From the NCBI GenBank assembly GCA_964629655.1, contig CAZVQU010000001.1, forward strand, positions 484,056 to 548,055: DNA of 64,000 nt, read 5' to 3'. Made by a program: the position numbers and the translations under genes. Numbering within the stretch: the stretch's first letter is position 1; each line of letters begins with the position of its first letter. A model generated the notes under the pieces. The model ran no database searches. It was not told where the DNA came from and saw only the letters and a list, made by a program, of their open reading frames with translations. The stretch is from an uncultured Planctomycetia bacterium. GTDB taxonomy: Bacteria; Omnitrophota; Gorgyraeia; Duberdicusellales; 4484-171. This document shows, in pieces, positions 1 through 8,864 of the stretch.

Positions 1-239
1 GTTCCGCTATGCACTGAAGAGTGCACTATCTCTAAGGATAAGAACTCCTCGTCAGGCAAATCTTCCTTTTTAACTATTCTTTTACCTAATAAATACTGAA
101 TCTTGCCTTTTAGGGTTTTACCAATCAATACCTTATTAAGCTTCTCGACTCCTTGCTTATGAGATGTTCGCTCAATTTCAAGCTTATGAACCTCGAAGGC
201 CTTATCATCAATCGGTAAACTTAAGTCTACTATCTTCAT
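1..239 (-). CDS. Cyclase-family protein (kynurenine formamidase-like / DpsY-type polyketide ring cyclase), N-terminal part only, truncated by window edge
   Basis: Not in the ORF track. Manual translation from ATG at 239: MKIVDLSLPIDDKAFEVHKLEIERTSHKQG...EFLSLEIVHSSVHSGT. The 'IVDLS.PI' start and the beginning of an H(S/T)GTH motif fit the PF04199 cyclase family. Lies directly after the ACP gene. Confidence 0.75.
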   Translation of the reverse strand, partial: MKIVDLSLPIDDKAFEVHKLEIERTSHKQGVEKLNKVLIGKTLKGKIQYLLGKRIVKKEDLPDEEFLSLEIVHSSVHSG

Positions 240-257
240 TTTATTAACCTTTATGGA

Positions 258-491
258 TTACTGTTTCTTCTTTTCAATTACTCCAACAATTTCATTAAGG
301 GTAGAAAACTTAGTAATCTCATTAGTCTCAATTTTTATACCAAAGTGTTTATTAAAGGTAACTACTAACTCTACCATCTCTGTTGAATCAACACCTATAG
401 AGTCATACAATTTCTGGTCTTCTTTGATCTCGCTTTCTTCTATATCCAAAGTCTTGCTTATAATTCCAAGGACCTCTTCTTTTAAATCCAT
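258..491 (-). CDS. Acyl carrier protein of type II PKS
   Basis: 77 aa acidic protein from ATG at 491 (GAGG RBS upstream) with GVDS phosphopantetheinylation motif; follows KS-CLF. Confidence 0.92.
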   Translation of the reverse strand: MDLKEEVLGIISKTLDIEESEIKEDQKLYDSIGVDSTEMVELVVTFNKHFGIKIETNEITKFSTLNEIVGVIEKKKQ

Positions 492-501
492 AGATACCTC
501 C

Positions 502-1737
502 CTATTCTTTCTCAATAGCCAAAACAACATTTATCCCGCCCCGGCCTCTGGCAATAATCAGGGCTTTATTTATCTTTCTTTGTTTAAGTTTATTTGGTGT
601 GTAATCTAAATCGCAATAAGGATCGCTCATCACCTGGTTAATCGTCGGTATTGCTATTGAGTTTTTCATTGAAAGAAGAGTGACAATTAAATCTAAAGCA
701 CTCTGAGCACCTAATAAATTACCATAGATGCTCTTAGGAGCACTAAGGGTAATATTTTCTATTTCTTTGCCAAATACATTCTTTAAGGCCTTAGTCTCAA
801 GATAATCTCCAACTACAGTCGCCTCGCCATCTAGACAGATATAGTCTATATCTGTCTTATTCCAATCAGCATCCTTTAAGCATTCCTCGATTGCATATTC
901 TAAATCATCTGATTCCGGAGCATATCTTGAATAGTGATAGCCATCAGAGGAAAAGCCTATCCCCCTAATAAATCCGTAAATAGGAACTTCTCTCTTCTTG
1001 GCTTTAGATTCTTTCTCAAGAACCACCATTCCTGAACCCTCACCTAAGACAAAACCATCTCTATCTAAATCATAAGGTTTGTATGCTGTTTTAGGATTAA
1101 GATTGTTTTTTGATAAACTCCCGCAAGTATTTGCGCTCAGCAAAGCATAAGGAGTAATCGGGGCTTCCATCCCACCAGCTAATACAAAATCATTTTTATC
1201 CTGAGCTATTACTTTAGCGCCATACCATAAGCTCAAAGCTGATGAAGCCTTATCGGCAACTATGGTCTTGCTATACCCCTTAAAGCCATAGTATATAGTA
1301 ACCTGACCTTGGGGCGCTGCCGGAAACCAAGCTGAAGCCATATAAGGAGAGATGCCTTCTCTTCCTTCTATATACATATCTCTTAGTTCAGTCTCGGCAA
1401 AGAGCCAGCCACCAATAGCATTACCCATAAACACACCAACTCTATCCTTATCAATTTTCTCTAAATCCATTCCCGAATCCTTTATAGCTTGTTCGCAAGC
1501 AACTAGGGCCATATGAGAAAAAACATCTATCTTCTTAACTAATCTTCCTGAAACATGCGAGTAGTGATCAAGCTCATGGACTTGGCCGGCAATCCGAGAA
1601 GGATAAAGACTAGTGTCAAACCTCTCAATTTCGTCGACAAAAGATTCGCATTTTTTGAGGTTAGCCCAAAAAGTTTCTTTTTTCAATCCACAAGGTGAAA
1701 CTACACCTAGACCGGTTATTGCAACTCTATCACTCAT
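502..1737 (-). CDS. Type II PKS chain-length factor (KS-beta/CLF)
   Basis: Ketosynthase fold without the catalytic Cys/His (IVADKASS, CLDGEAT, YGNLLGA). CLF signatures AWFPAAPQGQ and ARGRGGIN are present. Confidence 0.88.
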   Translation of the reverse strand: MSDRVAITGLGVVSPCGLKKETFWANLKKCESFVDEIERFDTSLYPSRIAGQVHELDHYSHVSGRLVKKIDVFSHMALVACEQAIKDSGMDLEKIDKDRVGVFMGNAIGGWLFAETELRDMYIEGREGISPYMASAWFPAAPQGQVTIYYGFKGYSKTIVADKASSALSLWYGAKVIAQDKNDFVLAGGMEAPITPYALLSANTCGSLSKNNLNPKTAYKPYDLDRDGFVLGEGSGMVVLEKESKAKKREVPIYGFIRGIGFSSDGYHYSRYAPESDDLEYAIEECLKDADWNKTDIDYICLDGEATVVGDYLETKALKNVFGKEIENITLSAPKSIYGNLLGAQSALDLIVTLLSMKNSIAIPTINQVMSDPYCDLDYTPNKLKQRKINKALIIARGRGGINVVLAIEKE

Positions 1738-1740
1738 TGG

Positions 1741-2988
1741 CTACCTCCACCTCTTAAATACAATAGAAGAATGAATTCCAGAAAACCCACTGCTAGTTTT
1801 AAGTATATATTCCGGTGAAATCTGTCTTTTCTTATTAGGAATATAATCTAGGTCGCACTTAGGATCAGGTTCTTCCTGATTAATGGTTGGCGGAAGATAC
1901 CCTTTCTTAAAAATCATACAACATAATACGCTCTCTACAGCATTAGCAGCTGCTAGGGGATGACCAATCATTGACTTAATCGAACTTATCGGCACCTTAT
2001 AAGCAAAATCTCCTAAAACTTTTTTGTAAGCGTTAGTTTCAAAGGCATCATTCTGCCGGGTAGATGATCCGTGAGCATTTATGTAACCGATATCCTCATT
2101 CTTTATCCCTGAATTCTCTATTGCTTGGCGCATAGAACGAGCCATAGGTTCGCCGTCTTCGGGCAAATCAGTCATATGATAGGCATTGCAACTTGTCCCA
2201 TAGCCGAGGATTTCAGCATAAATATCGGCCCCTCTGGCCTTAGCATGTTCTAATTCCTCTAAAATCAAAATTCCGGCTGCCTCACTAATAACAAAACCAT
2301 TTCGCTTATTATCAAAAGGACGGCTAGCCTTATGAGGTTCATCGTTATTCTTAGCCAAAACGCTTACTACATCAAAAGCTCCAAAGGTAATCGGTGTAAT
2401 TGGTGCTTCAGTTGCTCCAGCAATAACTAGATCTTGTCTTCCCTCTTGAATAAGCTCATAGGCAAAGCCTAAAGAATCGGTTCCGGCAGTACAACCAGTT
2501 GAGACTGTACAATTCATCCCCTTTGCCCCATAAACAGCACCTATCTCAGCGCTGGGAGTATTAAACATAGCCGCATCATAAAGATAGGGACGGCCCTTTC
2601 GGGGATCAATCGGGTTTTTGCCCCAGTCAGTAACTAATAAAAACTCCTCTTCCATAAAACGGGTTCCGCAAATAGCATTTGCTAGGATCACACCGCATCT
2701 GCGCCTGTCTAGTTTATCAAAATCTAGATTGGCGTCTTCTACTGCTCCCTTAGCAGCAGCAATCCCAAATTGAACATACCTATCCATACGTTTATGGTCA
2801 GTTATGCCAAATTTTAAAGGATCGAAATTCAAATCTTGGGAAGCAATCTTTGAAATGAATAAACTTACATCAAAGTTCTCAACCCTTTCAATGCAAGGTT
2901 TACCGTCAACTAGATTGTTATAGAATTCATTCTTTTCTTCTCCGGCCGCAGAGATAACTCCGATTCCAGTAATCACTACTCTCTTCAC
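1741..2988 (-). CDS. Type II PKS ketosynthase alpha (KS-alpha)
   Basis: VSTGCTAG active site, NAHGSSTRQND, SIKSMIGH and SSGFSGIHS match aromatic-PKS KS-alpha rather than FabF (TACA). Likely GTG start at 2988 after AGGAGG. Confidence 0.9.
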   Translation of the reverse strand: MKRVVITGIGVISAAGEEKNEFYNNLVDGKPCIERVENFDVSLFISKIASQDLNFDPLKFGITDHKRMDRYVQFGIAAAKGAVEDANLDFDKLDRRRCGVILANAICGTRFMEEEFLLVTDWGKNPIDPRKGRPYLYDAAMFNTPSAEIGAVYGAKGMNCTVSTGCTAGTDSLGFAYELIQEGRQDLVIAGATEAPITPITFGAFDVVSVLAKNNDEPHKASRPFDNKRNGFVISEAAGILILEELEHAKARGADIYAEILGYGTSCNAYHMTDLPEDGEPMARSMRQAIENSGIKNEDIGYINAHGSSTRQNDAFETNAYKKVLGDFAYKVPISSIKSMIGHPLAAANAVESVLCCMIFKKGYLPPTINQEEPDPKCDLDYIPNKKRQISPEYILKTSSGFSGIHSSIVFKRWR

Positions 2989-3021
2989 TTCTCTTTCCTC
3001 CTTAAAATGCAAAAGCTAATC

Positions 3022-3600
3022 TCACTTTCTCGAAACTTTAAAAATAATATTCCCGCCATCGGGACAGGTAACTGTATCGATAGAATTCTGATCGTTCATG
3101 AAGTGAAATTTTGCACCAAAATTTAGGGCAAACAGGGCCGGGAAAGCTGTATGCCAGGCTGCTCCGCAAAACCCAGGAATACACTTTAGGCCTTCGGTTT
3201 CCCACTTATCACCTACTTTATAGTTGTAAAAACACTTACCCTTCGCCTTAACAACTTCAATAACCATTTTTTTCGGATTCGGGCCTTTAAAATCAGGGTC
3301 TTTGCCAACTAGCTCAACCTTACCCTCTTTATTAAAGATCTCAACCTTAAACTCTAACTTCCCCCCGTCAGGACAAGTTACTAACAAAGACCTTTGATTA
3401 TCCATAAAAGGAAATTTTGCTCCAAAACTTAAAGCATAAATTACCGGAAATAATGCATGGGCCAAACCTAAACAAAAGTGTTTAGGTGGATGAGTAAAAT
3501 CCTCTAGAATAAGTTCGTCGCCAGCCTTATAGCCATGATAACAATCTCCATAAACATTAAGCACTGTTAATTTTAATTTTGGGAAAGGTGTTTTAACCAT
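3022..3600 (-). CDS. Tandem TIGR04076-family protein (two Cys-motif repeats)
   Basis: Two copies of GxC..YKxGD...FC..AxH..FP...FGAKF.FM.....VTCPDGG. Confidence 0.75.
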   Translation of the reverse strand: MVKTPFPKLKLTVLNVYGDCYHGYKAGDELILEDFTHPPKHFCLGLAHALFPVIYALSFGAKFPFMDNQRSLLVTCPDGGKLEFKVEIFNKEGKVELVGKDPDFKGPNPKKMVIEVVKAKGKCFYNYKVGDKWETEGLKCIPGFCGAAWHTAFPALFALNFGAKFHFMNDQNSIDTVTCPDGGNIIFKVSRK

Positions 3601-3601
3601 A

Positions 3602-4597
3602 TTACATCTCCATTTCTTTTAATAATTCTCCCCTTTCAAGAAATTTCTTGGACTCCTCTACCCTGTGAACTAGGTCAACTATTTTACTGTTTAGTGGAGA
3701 TTGAAGATTGTTCTCAGAAGCTATTCTCACAATTTCCCCGTTAATATAATCAATCTCCGAGGGCCTACCGCTCTTTATGCTCTGTAATATTGAACCAAAA
3801 AGAGGCTCTTTGCTCAAAGAGGTCATTACTTTTGAAAAAATACCAGAAGCTTCTTCTATGCCCATTGAAACTAGCCCTTCTAATCTGGCTTTGGGGTAAG
3901 TAGGCAAATCGGCTAACTCTATGCCACTACCTTTAGCAACATCAAGGGCTTCTTTGTTTAGCTTTATTGCTAGCTTTGCAAAATTTACATCAGAAAAGGT
4001 CTCTTGCATAGATAAACCTAAAATTGCCGGAATACAATTATTGAGATTGATAAACAGTTTAAGGTATTTAGCCCCTTTTATTTTATCTAGAACTGCTACA
4101 TCAAAAGCAGATTTCAAAAGGCCTTCTACCTCTCTTATATTGACTACTTCTTTATCAAAAATATTGCCTAATATTAAGCTACCTTTAAAATTATGAACGA
4201 TTTTATTCGGTCGATAAAAGGTTGCCCCAAACATCACAATGCCGGTTACAATCTGCCCTTTAGAGAAATACTCACTCAATATATAATCAGCTCTTACTCC
4301 ATTCTGAGTACTAAGAATAGTCGCATCTTTTAAATATTCTAAATTTTCATTTACTAAAACCTCTAGATCGTTTAACTTGCTGGCGAAAATGGCCAAGTCC
4401 ACTCTCTGTTTAAGCTTATTATCAACTCTTACCTTATAGGTATCTTTACCGCTTGGGCCTTCAATCAGCAAGCCATCCTTAAGCAAAGACTCCTTCTGGT
4501 AATCCTTAGCTATACCGAGAACATCAACACTCTTCCCAGAGAGATACCCTAAAAATAATCCGCCAATTGCCCCACAACCTAAGACTGCTACTTTCAT
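3602..4597 (-). CDS. panE: 2-dehydropantoate 2-reductase (PanE/ApbA)-family ketoreductase
   Basis: GCGAIGG Rossmann motif, QNGV, KLFIN, SILQS...SEIDYINGEIV. Start refined to ATG at 4597. Confidence 0.82.
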   Translation of the reverse strand: MKVAVLGCGAIGGLFLGYLSGKSVDVLGIAKDYQKESLLKDGLLIEGPSGKDTYKVRVDNKLKQRVDLAIFASKLNDLEVLVNENLEYLKDATILSTQNGVRADYILSEYFSKGQIVTGIVMFGATFYRPNKIVHNFKGSLILGNIFDKEVVNIREVEGLLKSAFDVAVLDKIKGAKYLKLFINLNNCIPAILGLSMQETFSDVNFAKLAIKLNKEALDVAKGSGIELADLPTYPKARLEGLVSMGIEEASGIFSKVMTSLSKEPLFGSILQSIKSGRPSEIDYINGEIVRIASENNLQSPLNSKIVDLVHRVEESKKFLERGELLKEMEM

Positions 4598-4601
4598 TTT
4601 T

Positions 4602-4868
4602 CTACTTCTCTTGGCTAATGTATTGTGAATAATCAATATTTAATTGATTAAGCAGCCTCTGGAGCATATCTTTAAAGGCTGGGGGAACCTCCTGAAAAAA
4701 GGCAACAATTAAATCTTTATCCTCAACCTGTTTAGAATCTCTTGCCTTAGCTAACTCCTCAGACTTCTGCTTAATAAGTTGCTCAGCAATTGTTCTATGG
4801 AATTGCGGTAGATTCTCAACTACTCTATTGAACTTGCTCTTTGTCTCTTGGTTCCAGATAATTTCCAT
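4602..4868 (-). CDS. Small PCP_red-like (BchB C-terminal-like/DUF2621-like) helical protein
   Basis: W..E.K.....LPQFHR..AE..I....EELA..R....V pattern. Confidence 0.55.
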   Translation of the reverse strand: MEIIWNQETKSKFNRVVENLPQFHRTIAEQLIKQKSEELAKARDSKQVEDKDLIVAFFQEVPPAFKDMLQRLLNQLNIDYSQYISQEK

Positions 4869-4886
4869 AATATCTTCCTCTCCTTC

Positions 4887-5621
4887 TTATAATTTATCAA
4901 TAACTGAGAATGCTAAATCAGCCATTTTCATCTCAGCCTCAAAGAATCTATAGTCAGCAAATCCTAATGTCCCGGTAATAAGATTATCGGACACTGCTAA
5001 GACGGCTGCGACTTTTCTTTTGTAGATATTAGCTAGGGTCACGAACGGTGAAGTTACCATATCAACGGCAACCGCACCCTTCTCAATATAAGGATTAACT
5101 ATTTCTTTAGTCTCTCTAAATAAAGCATCAGTTGTCCATACTCCTCCTTGATGCAAGATACCAGCGTTTTTAAAAACATCTTCTATCTTCGATGTCAATT
5201 CGCTGTCTACCTTAGATAGATAATTATCATCTACATAATACTTAGTTGCGCCGTCTCCTCGAATAATATCAGTAGCCAAGATGTAATCTCCAACATTTAT
5301 ATCTTCCCTTAAGGCTCCGCAAGAACCAAGCCTGATTAAAGTGTTGATCCCACCAACACATAAAAACTCAGTAACAAAGGCTGAATCAGGAGCATAAAAT
5401 CCGCCGTTGCCAACAGTCACTTTTTTGCCTTTATAAAACCCTGTCCAGAAAGTATAGCCCAGAAAGGTGAAGTTCTTTACGCAATTCTCTAATTTCTCTA
5501 AGCACATCTTTGCTCTATGCTGCTGGCCGCTAATTAAAGCGATTTCGCCAAAATCGCCATCTTTAAATTGTAAAGAGCCAAGAAGTTCTTTGGGGCTAAG
5601 ATGAATATCTCTTTGCATCAT
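4887..5621 (-). CDS. Nucleoside phosphorylase (PNP/UDP family)
   Basis: TGFYKGKKVTV, LIRLGSCGAL, RGDGAT, WTTDALFRET, AVDMVTS, VSDNL. ATGA overlap with the upstream ligase. Confidence 0.85.
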   Translation of the reverse strand: MMQRDIHLSPKELLGSLQFKDGDFGEIALISGQQHRAKMCLEKLENCVKNFTFLGYTFWTGFYKGKKVTVGNGGFYAPDSAFVTEFLCVGGINTLIRLGSCGALREDINVGDYILATDIIRGDGATKYYVDDNYLSKVDSELTSKIEDVFKNAGILHQGGVWTTDALFRETKEIVNPYIEKGAVAVDMVTSPFVTLANIYKRKVAAVLAVSDNLITGTLGFADYRFFEAEMKMADLAFSVIDKL

Positions 5622-7126
5622 GATTGATCTCCTGTTTTAAGTTTTCCTTTATCAACCTTCCCGGTTCTATTCTTAGGTAAGTCTTTTACAAATTCAAAGT
5701 GATGTGGAATCTTAAAATGAGCTAAGTGCTCTTTTAGAAAGTCTTTTAACTCCTGCTCACTTAAAGCCTCATCCTCTTTAGAAACTATAAATGCTTTAGG
5801 GACTTCTCCGCGTAAATTATCAGCTACGCCGATAACAGCAACTTCTTTTACCTTAGAATATCTATTTATCTTCTCTTCGACCTCAGCCGAGAAAACTACT
5901 TCACCAGCCACCTTAATCATGTCTCTTTTTCTTCCAACTATATAATGCAAGCCGTCGGAGTCAACTCTGACAATATCCCCGGTCTTAAACCACTTACTTT
6001 CAGTTAGCACCTCTTTAGTCAGACCGGGTTCTTTATAATATTCTCTCATAACCGCTTCGCCCCTGACCCAAAGTTCTCCGTGGAAGCCATTTTCTAACCT
6101 TTTACCAGCTCCATCAACAATTTTTGCCTCGAGATTAAAGTCAAAATAACCAATACTTGATATTTTACTCTCATCGCAAGGAGAAAAAGCATTAGGCGCA
6201 GAGGTTTCGGTCATGCCCCAGCCATTTAAAACTACAGCCTGAGGGCATAATTTGTGGAATCTTTTTAAGAGTATTGGCGATGAAGGTGCGCCAAAAACAA
6301 CTGCATATCTTAACGAAGAAAGGTCAAATTTGTCGTACCCTTTTAAGGAAAGAATAGCCACATACATTGCCGGAACAATGCAGAATATAGTAACTTTATG
6401 TTGTTCTATGTTCCTTAGAAACTCAGAGGGATTAAACCTGCTCATAAGAACAAGTGACGATGAAAAAGTAATCATAAGAAGTATATAGTCTAGCCCGCCA
6501 ACATGCGAGAAAGGAACTCCGCCGCACAAGAAGATATCACCTTCAGATACTCCCAGAAAATGATTAATTGTCTTAGAAGGATTATCAAGGTGTCTATACT
6601 CTAGGCTTACTCCTTTAGGATGACCGGTAGAACCAGAGGTATAAAATACAGCTGCCAAGCTATCTTCCTTATGCTCAAGCGAAGGTTGATCATAACTGCT
6701 CTCTCTTGAAATCACATCCCAAGAAGAAAATTCTCCTTCCCTCTCGGCAAATACAATTATCTCCTTTAAACTTGCACACTCACTCTTAATATTAGCCAAA
6801 TCTATTTTAGAATTGGCAATTAAAACTTTTGCCTGACTATGATTTATAAAATTAATTATCTCATTCTCAGTTAACATAAAATCCAAAGGTACTACTGCTG
6901 CCTCCATACTAAATACACCTAAAAAAGTAAAGATAGCTTCGGGAGTATTGGGTGAGAATATAGCAACTTTATCGCTGCTGTTTACGCCTATCTTAAGAAG
7001 ATAGTTGGCGAGCTTAAATGAAGAGTCCCTAACTTCAGAGAAAGTAATTGCTTTACCCTGAAATAAAATGGCTGATTTTTGAGGATATTTTTCAGCCTGT
7101 TTGGTGAGTAATTCTCTTATATTCAT
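5618..7126 (-). CDS. Acyl-CoA/acyl-ACP ligase (ANL adenylate-forming enzyme)
   Basis: YTSGSTGHPKG P-loop, GWGMTET, FKTGD, GRKRDMIK, LPKNRTGKVDK. Confidence 0.92.
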   Translation of the reverse strand: MNIRELLTKQAEKYPQKSAILFQGKAITFSEVRDSSFKLANYLLKIGVNSSDKVAIFSPNTPEAIFTFLGVFSMEAAVVPLDFMLTENEIINFINHSQAKVLIANSKIDLANIKSECASLKEIIVFAEREGEFSSWDVISRESSYDQPSLEHKEDSLAAVFYTSGSTGHPKGVSLEYRHLDNPSKTINHFLGVSEGDIFLCGGVPFSHVGGLDYILLMITFSSSLVLMSRFNPSEFLRNIEQHKVTIFCIVPAMYVAILSLKGYDKFDLSSLRYAVVFGAPSSPILLKRFHKLCPQAVVLNGWGMTETSAPNAFSPCDESKISSIGYFDFNLEAKIVDGAGKRLENGFHGELWVRGEAVMREYYKEPGLTKEVLTESKWFKTGDIVRVDSDGLHYIVGRKRDMIKVAGEVVFSAEVEEKINRYSKVKEVAVIGVADNLRGEVPKAFIVSKEDEALSEQELKDFLKEHLAHFKIPHHFEFVKDLPKNRTGKVDKGKLKTGDQS

Positions 7127-7147
7127 CTTTTAAGTAGTCGCGGAATT

Positions 7148-7186
7148 CAAATAGTAAAATTTTACTATTTGTAGCAAAATAGTCAA
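7148..7186 (-). promoter_or_regulatory. Sigma70-like promoter of the PKS operon with overlapping 24-bp palindromic operator
   Basis: Minus strand TTGACT-16 nt-TAAAAT (7186-7159). Perfect palindrome CAAATAGTAAAATTTTACTATTTG at 7148-7171 covers the -10 box. Confidence 0.65.
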
Positions 7187-7205
7187 GGTTTTTGTATATA
7201 AATTG

Positions 7206-8354
7206 CTATTTTTTCCGTCTCAAGAAGCTTAAAGCCTCAAGATGCGGGGTGTGGGGGAAAAAGTCAAAAGGCTCAATGAAATCAAGGCTATATTGACCTA
7301 AGAACTCTTCCAAGTCCACAAAGAGCGCCTCAGGATTACAGGATGAATAGATGATATTCTTAGGTTCCAACCTTAAAATAGCCCTTATTATCTTGGGTGA
7401 AAGCCCGCAGCGGGGGGGGTTTACAACTAACAAATCAGTATTCTTATAAAATGCACCTTGAGTGTTAAGGAACTTTCTGGAATCAGCAGCAAAAAAAGAA
7501 ATATTATCAATTCCATTAATCTTAGCATTCTGCCAAGCTATGTCAACAATCTCCTTTTCTCTTTCTACACCCCAAACAAATTTTGCATCCCGGGCAAGAA
7601 ACATTCCGATAGAACCTACTCCGCAAAAAAGATCTAATACCTGCTCAAGGGAAGATAGTTTGGCACAATCTCTGATCTTCTTATAAAAACCTACTATGGC
7701 AGAAGGATTAACCTGAAAGAATGTATCAATACCAATTCTAAAAGTCAGATCATCTAATTTCTCTTCGATAAAAGGCTCGCCATATAAAAGTTCTTTTTTA
7801 TCAAAGACCACTGCGTCAGAGAACGAATCGCTAATAACCTGATAGATAGATTTAATCCTAGAATTTAATTTCAACGAAGTTAAAAGATCTGTGAACCCTT
7901 TAACATCCAAGGCTTCACTGCTACTGGTAACTATACCGATCATAATTTCTTTAGTGAATTTTGTTTCCCGAATAATTAAGTAACGCAGAAACCCTTGATG
8001 AGAATACTTATTATATACAGAATGCTTTCTCTTCTTAAAGAAATCTTTAATTGCTTTTATCAGGTCTCCTAAATCTGGAGAAAAGATAAGACATTCCTCT
8101 ATGTCTACCACCTTCCGCCTCTGCCTCTTGCTATAAAGGCCACAGACAAGTTCCTCCTGATCAGCAAAACTAAATTCCATCTTATTGCGATAGTACTCTG
8201 GATTAGAGGAATTAATCGGCCTTACCCCGGTATCAATTTTATGAGAAGTAGCTAAATCCTTAACCTTAGCTTCCTTGACAGCAAGCTGTTCTTTGTAAGG
8301 AATATCCTGGAAGCGACACCCTCCACACTCAAAGAAATGCTTACAAGTTCTCAT
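7206..8354 (-). CDS. rlmD: 23S rRNA m5U methyltransferase RlmD/RumA family (no TRAM domain)
   Basis: C.HF..CGGC Fe-S motif, YRNKMEF, FFQVN, DLFCGVG, NPPR, YSSCNP, DFFPHTPHLE. Confidence 0.9.
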   Translation of the reverse strand: MRTCKHFFECGGCRFQDIPYKEQLAVKEAKVKDLATSHKIDTGVRPINSSNPEYYRNKMEFSFADQEELVCGLYSKRQRRKVVDIEECLIFSPDLGDLIKAIKDFFKKRKHSVYNKYSHQGFLRYLIIRETKFTKEIMIGIVTSSSEALDVKGFTDLLTSLKLNSRIKSIYQVISDSFSDAVVFDKKELLYGEPFIEEKLDDLTFRIGIDTFFQVNPSAIVGFYKKIRDCAKLSSLEQVLDLFCGVGSIGMFLARDAKFVWGVEREKEIVDIAWQNAKINGIDNISFFAADSRKFLNTQGAFYKNTDLLVVNPPRCGLSPKIIRAILRLEPKNIIYSSCNPEALFVDLEEFLGQYSLDFIEPFDFFPHTPHLEALSFLRRKK

Positions 8355-8845
8355 CTTATGATTAAATCCTTTAACTTCTTTCGCCTTGGGCCTCGGGGAA
8401 AATCAAGAGGGAAACCTAGAGCTAAAACTGCTGCTAGCTCTAAGTTTTTAGGGGTTTTCAAGAGTTTGTGAAGCCGGGTTTTTTGATTTAAAATTTCACC
8501 TAACCAACAAGCCCCCAGGCCTTTAGAGTGAATAGAGATAAGCATATTCTGGATACAGGCACCGATTGCCATTAAATCCTTATCGCGGTTATAAGAATCT
8601 CCTTTATCAAAGAATACCACTATAAGCTTATCGGCACCTTTTACTATATCGGAATATTTTGTGCACTCAGCTAAAGAATCTTTGGCCTCTTTTACCAAAA
8701 CCATAAACTTCCAAGGTTGATTGTTGAGCCCTGAAGGAGCCCAGCGACCGGCCTCCAGAATGTTATCGATAATCTCTTTGCTAACATCTTTATTCTTGAA
8801 TCTCCTTACTGATCTTCTTGTCTTTATAAGTTCTAAAATATCCAT
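8351..8845 (-). CDS. Nitroreductase family protein
   Basis: RRSVRRF, APSGLNNQPWKF, GLGACW. Confidence 0.9.
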   Translation of the reverse strand: MDILELIKTRRSVRRFKNKDVSKEIIDNILEAGRWAPSGLNNQPWKFMVLVKEAKDSLAECTKYSDIVKGADKLIVVFFDKGDSYNRDKDLMAIGACIQNMLISIHSKGLGACWLGEILNQKTRLHKLLKTPKNLELAAVLALGFPLDFPRGPRRKKLKDLIIR

Positions 8846-8864
8846 AGTAATTACTTCCGGTGAA

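Noticed and set aside
502-2988. Reading the KS pair as fatty-acid FabF/FabB or aryl-polyene synthase
   Set aside because: STGCT and HGSSTRQND motifs, a full-length CLF with AWF and ARG.GG.N signatures, and an adjacent cyclase fit aromatic type II PKS. No FabG/FabZ-like genes are present in the visible part.
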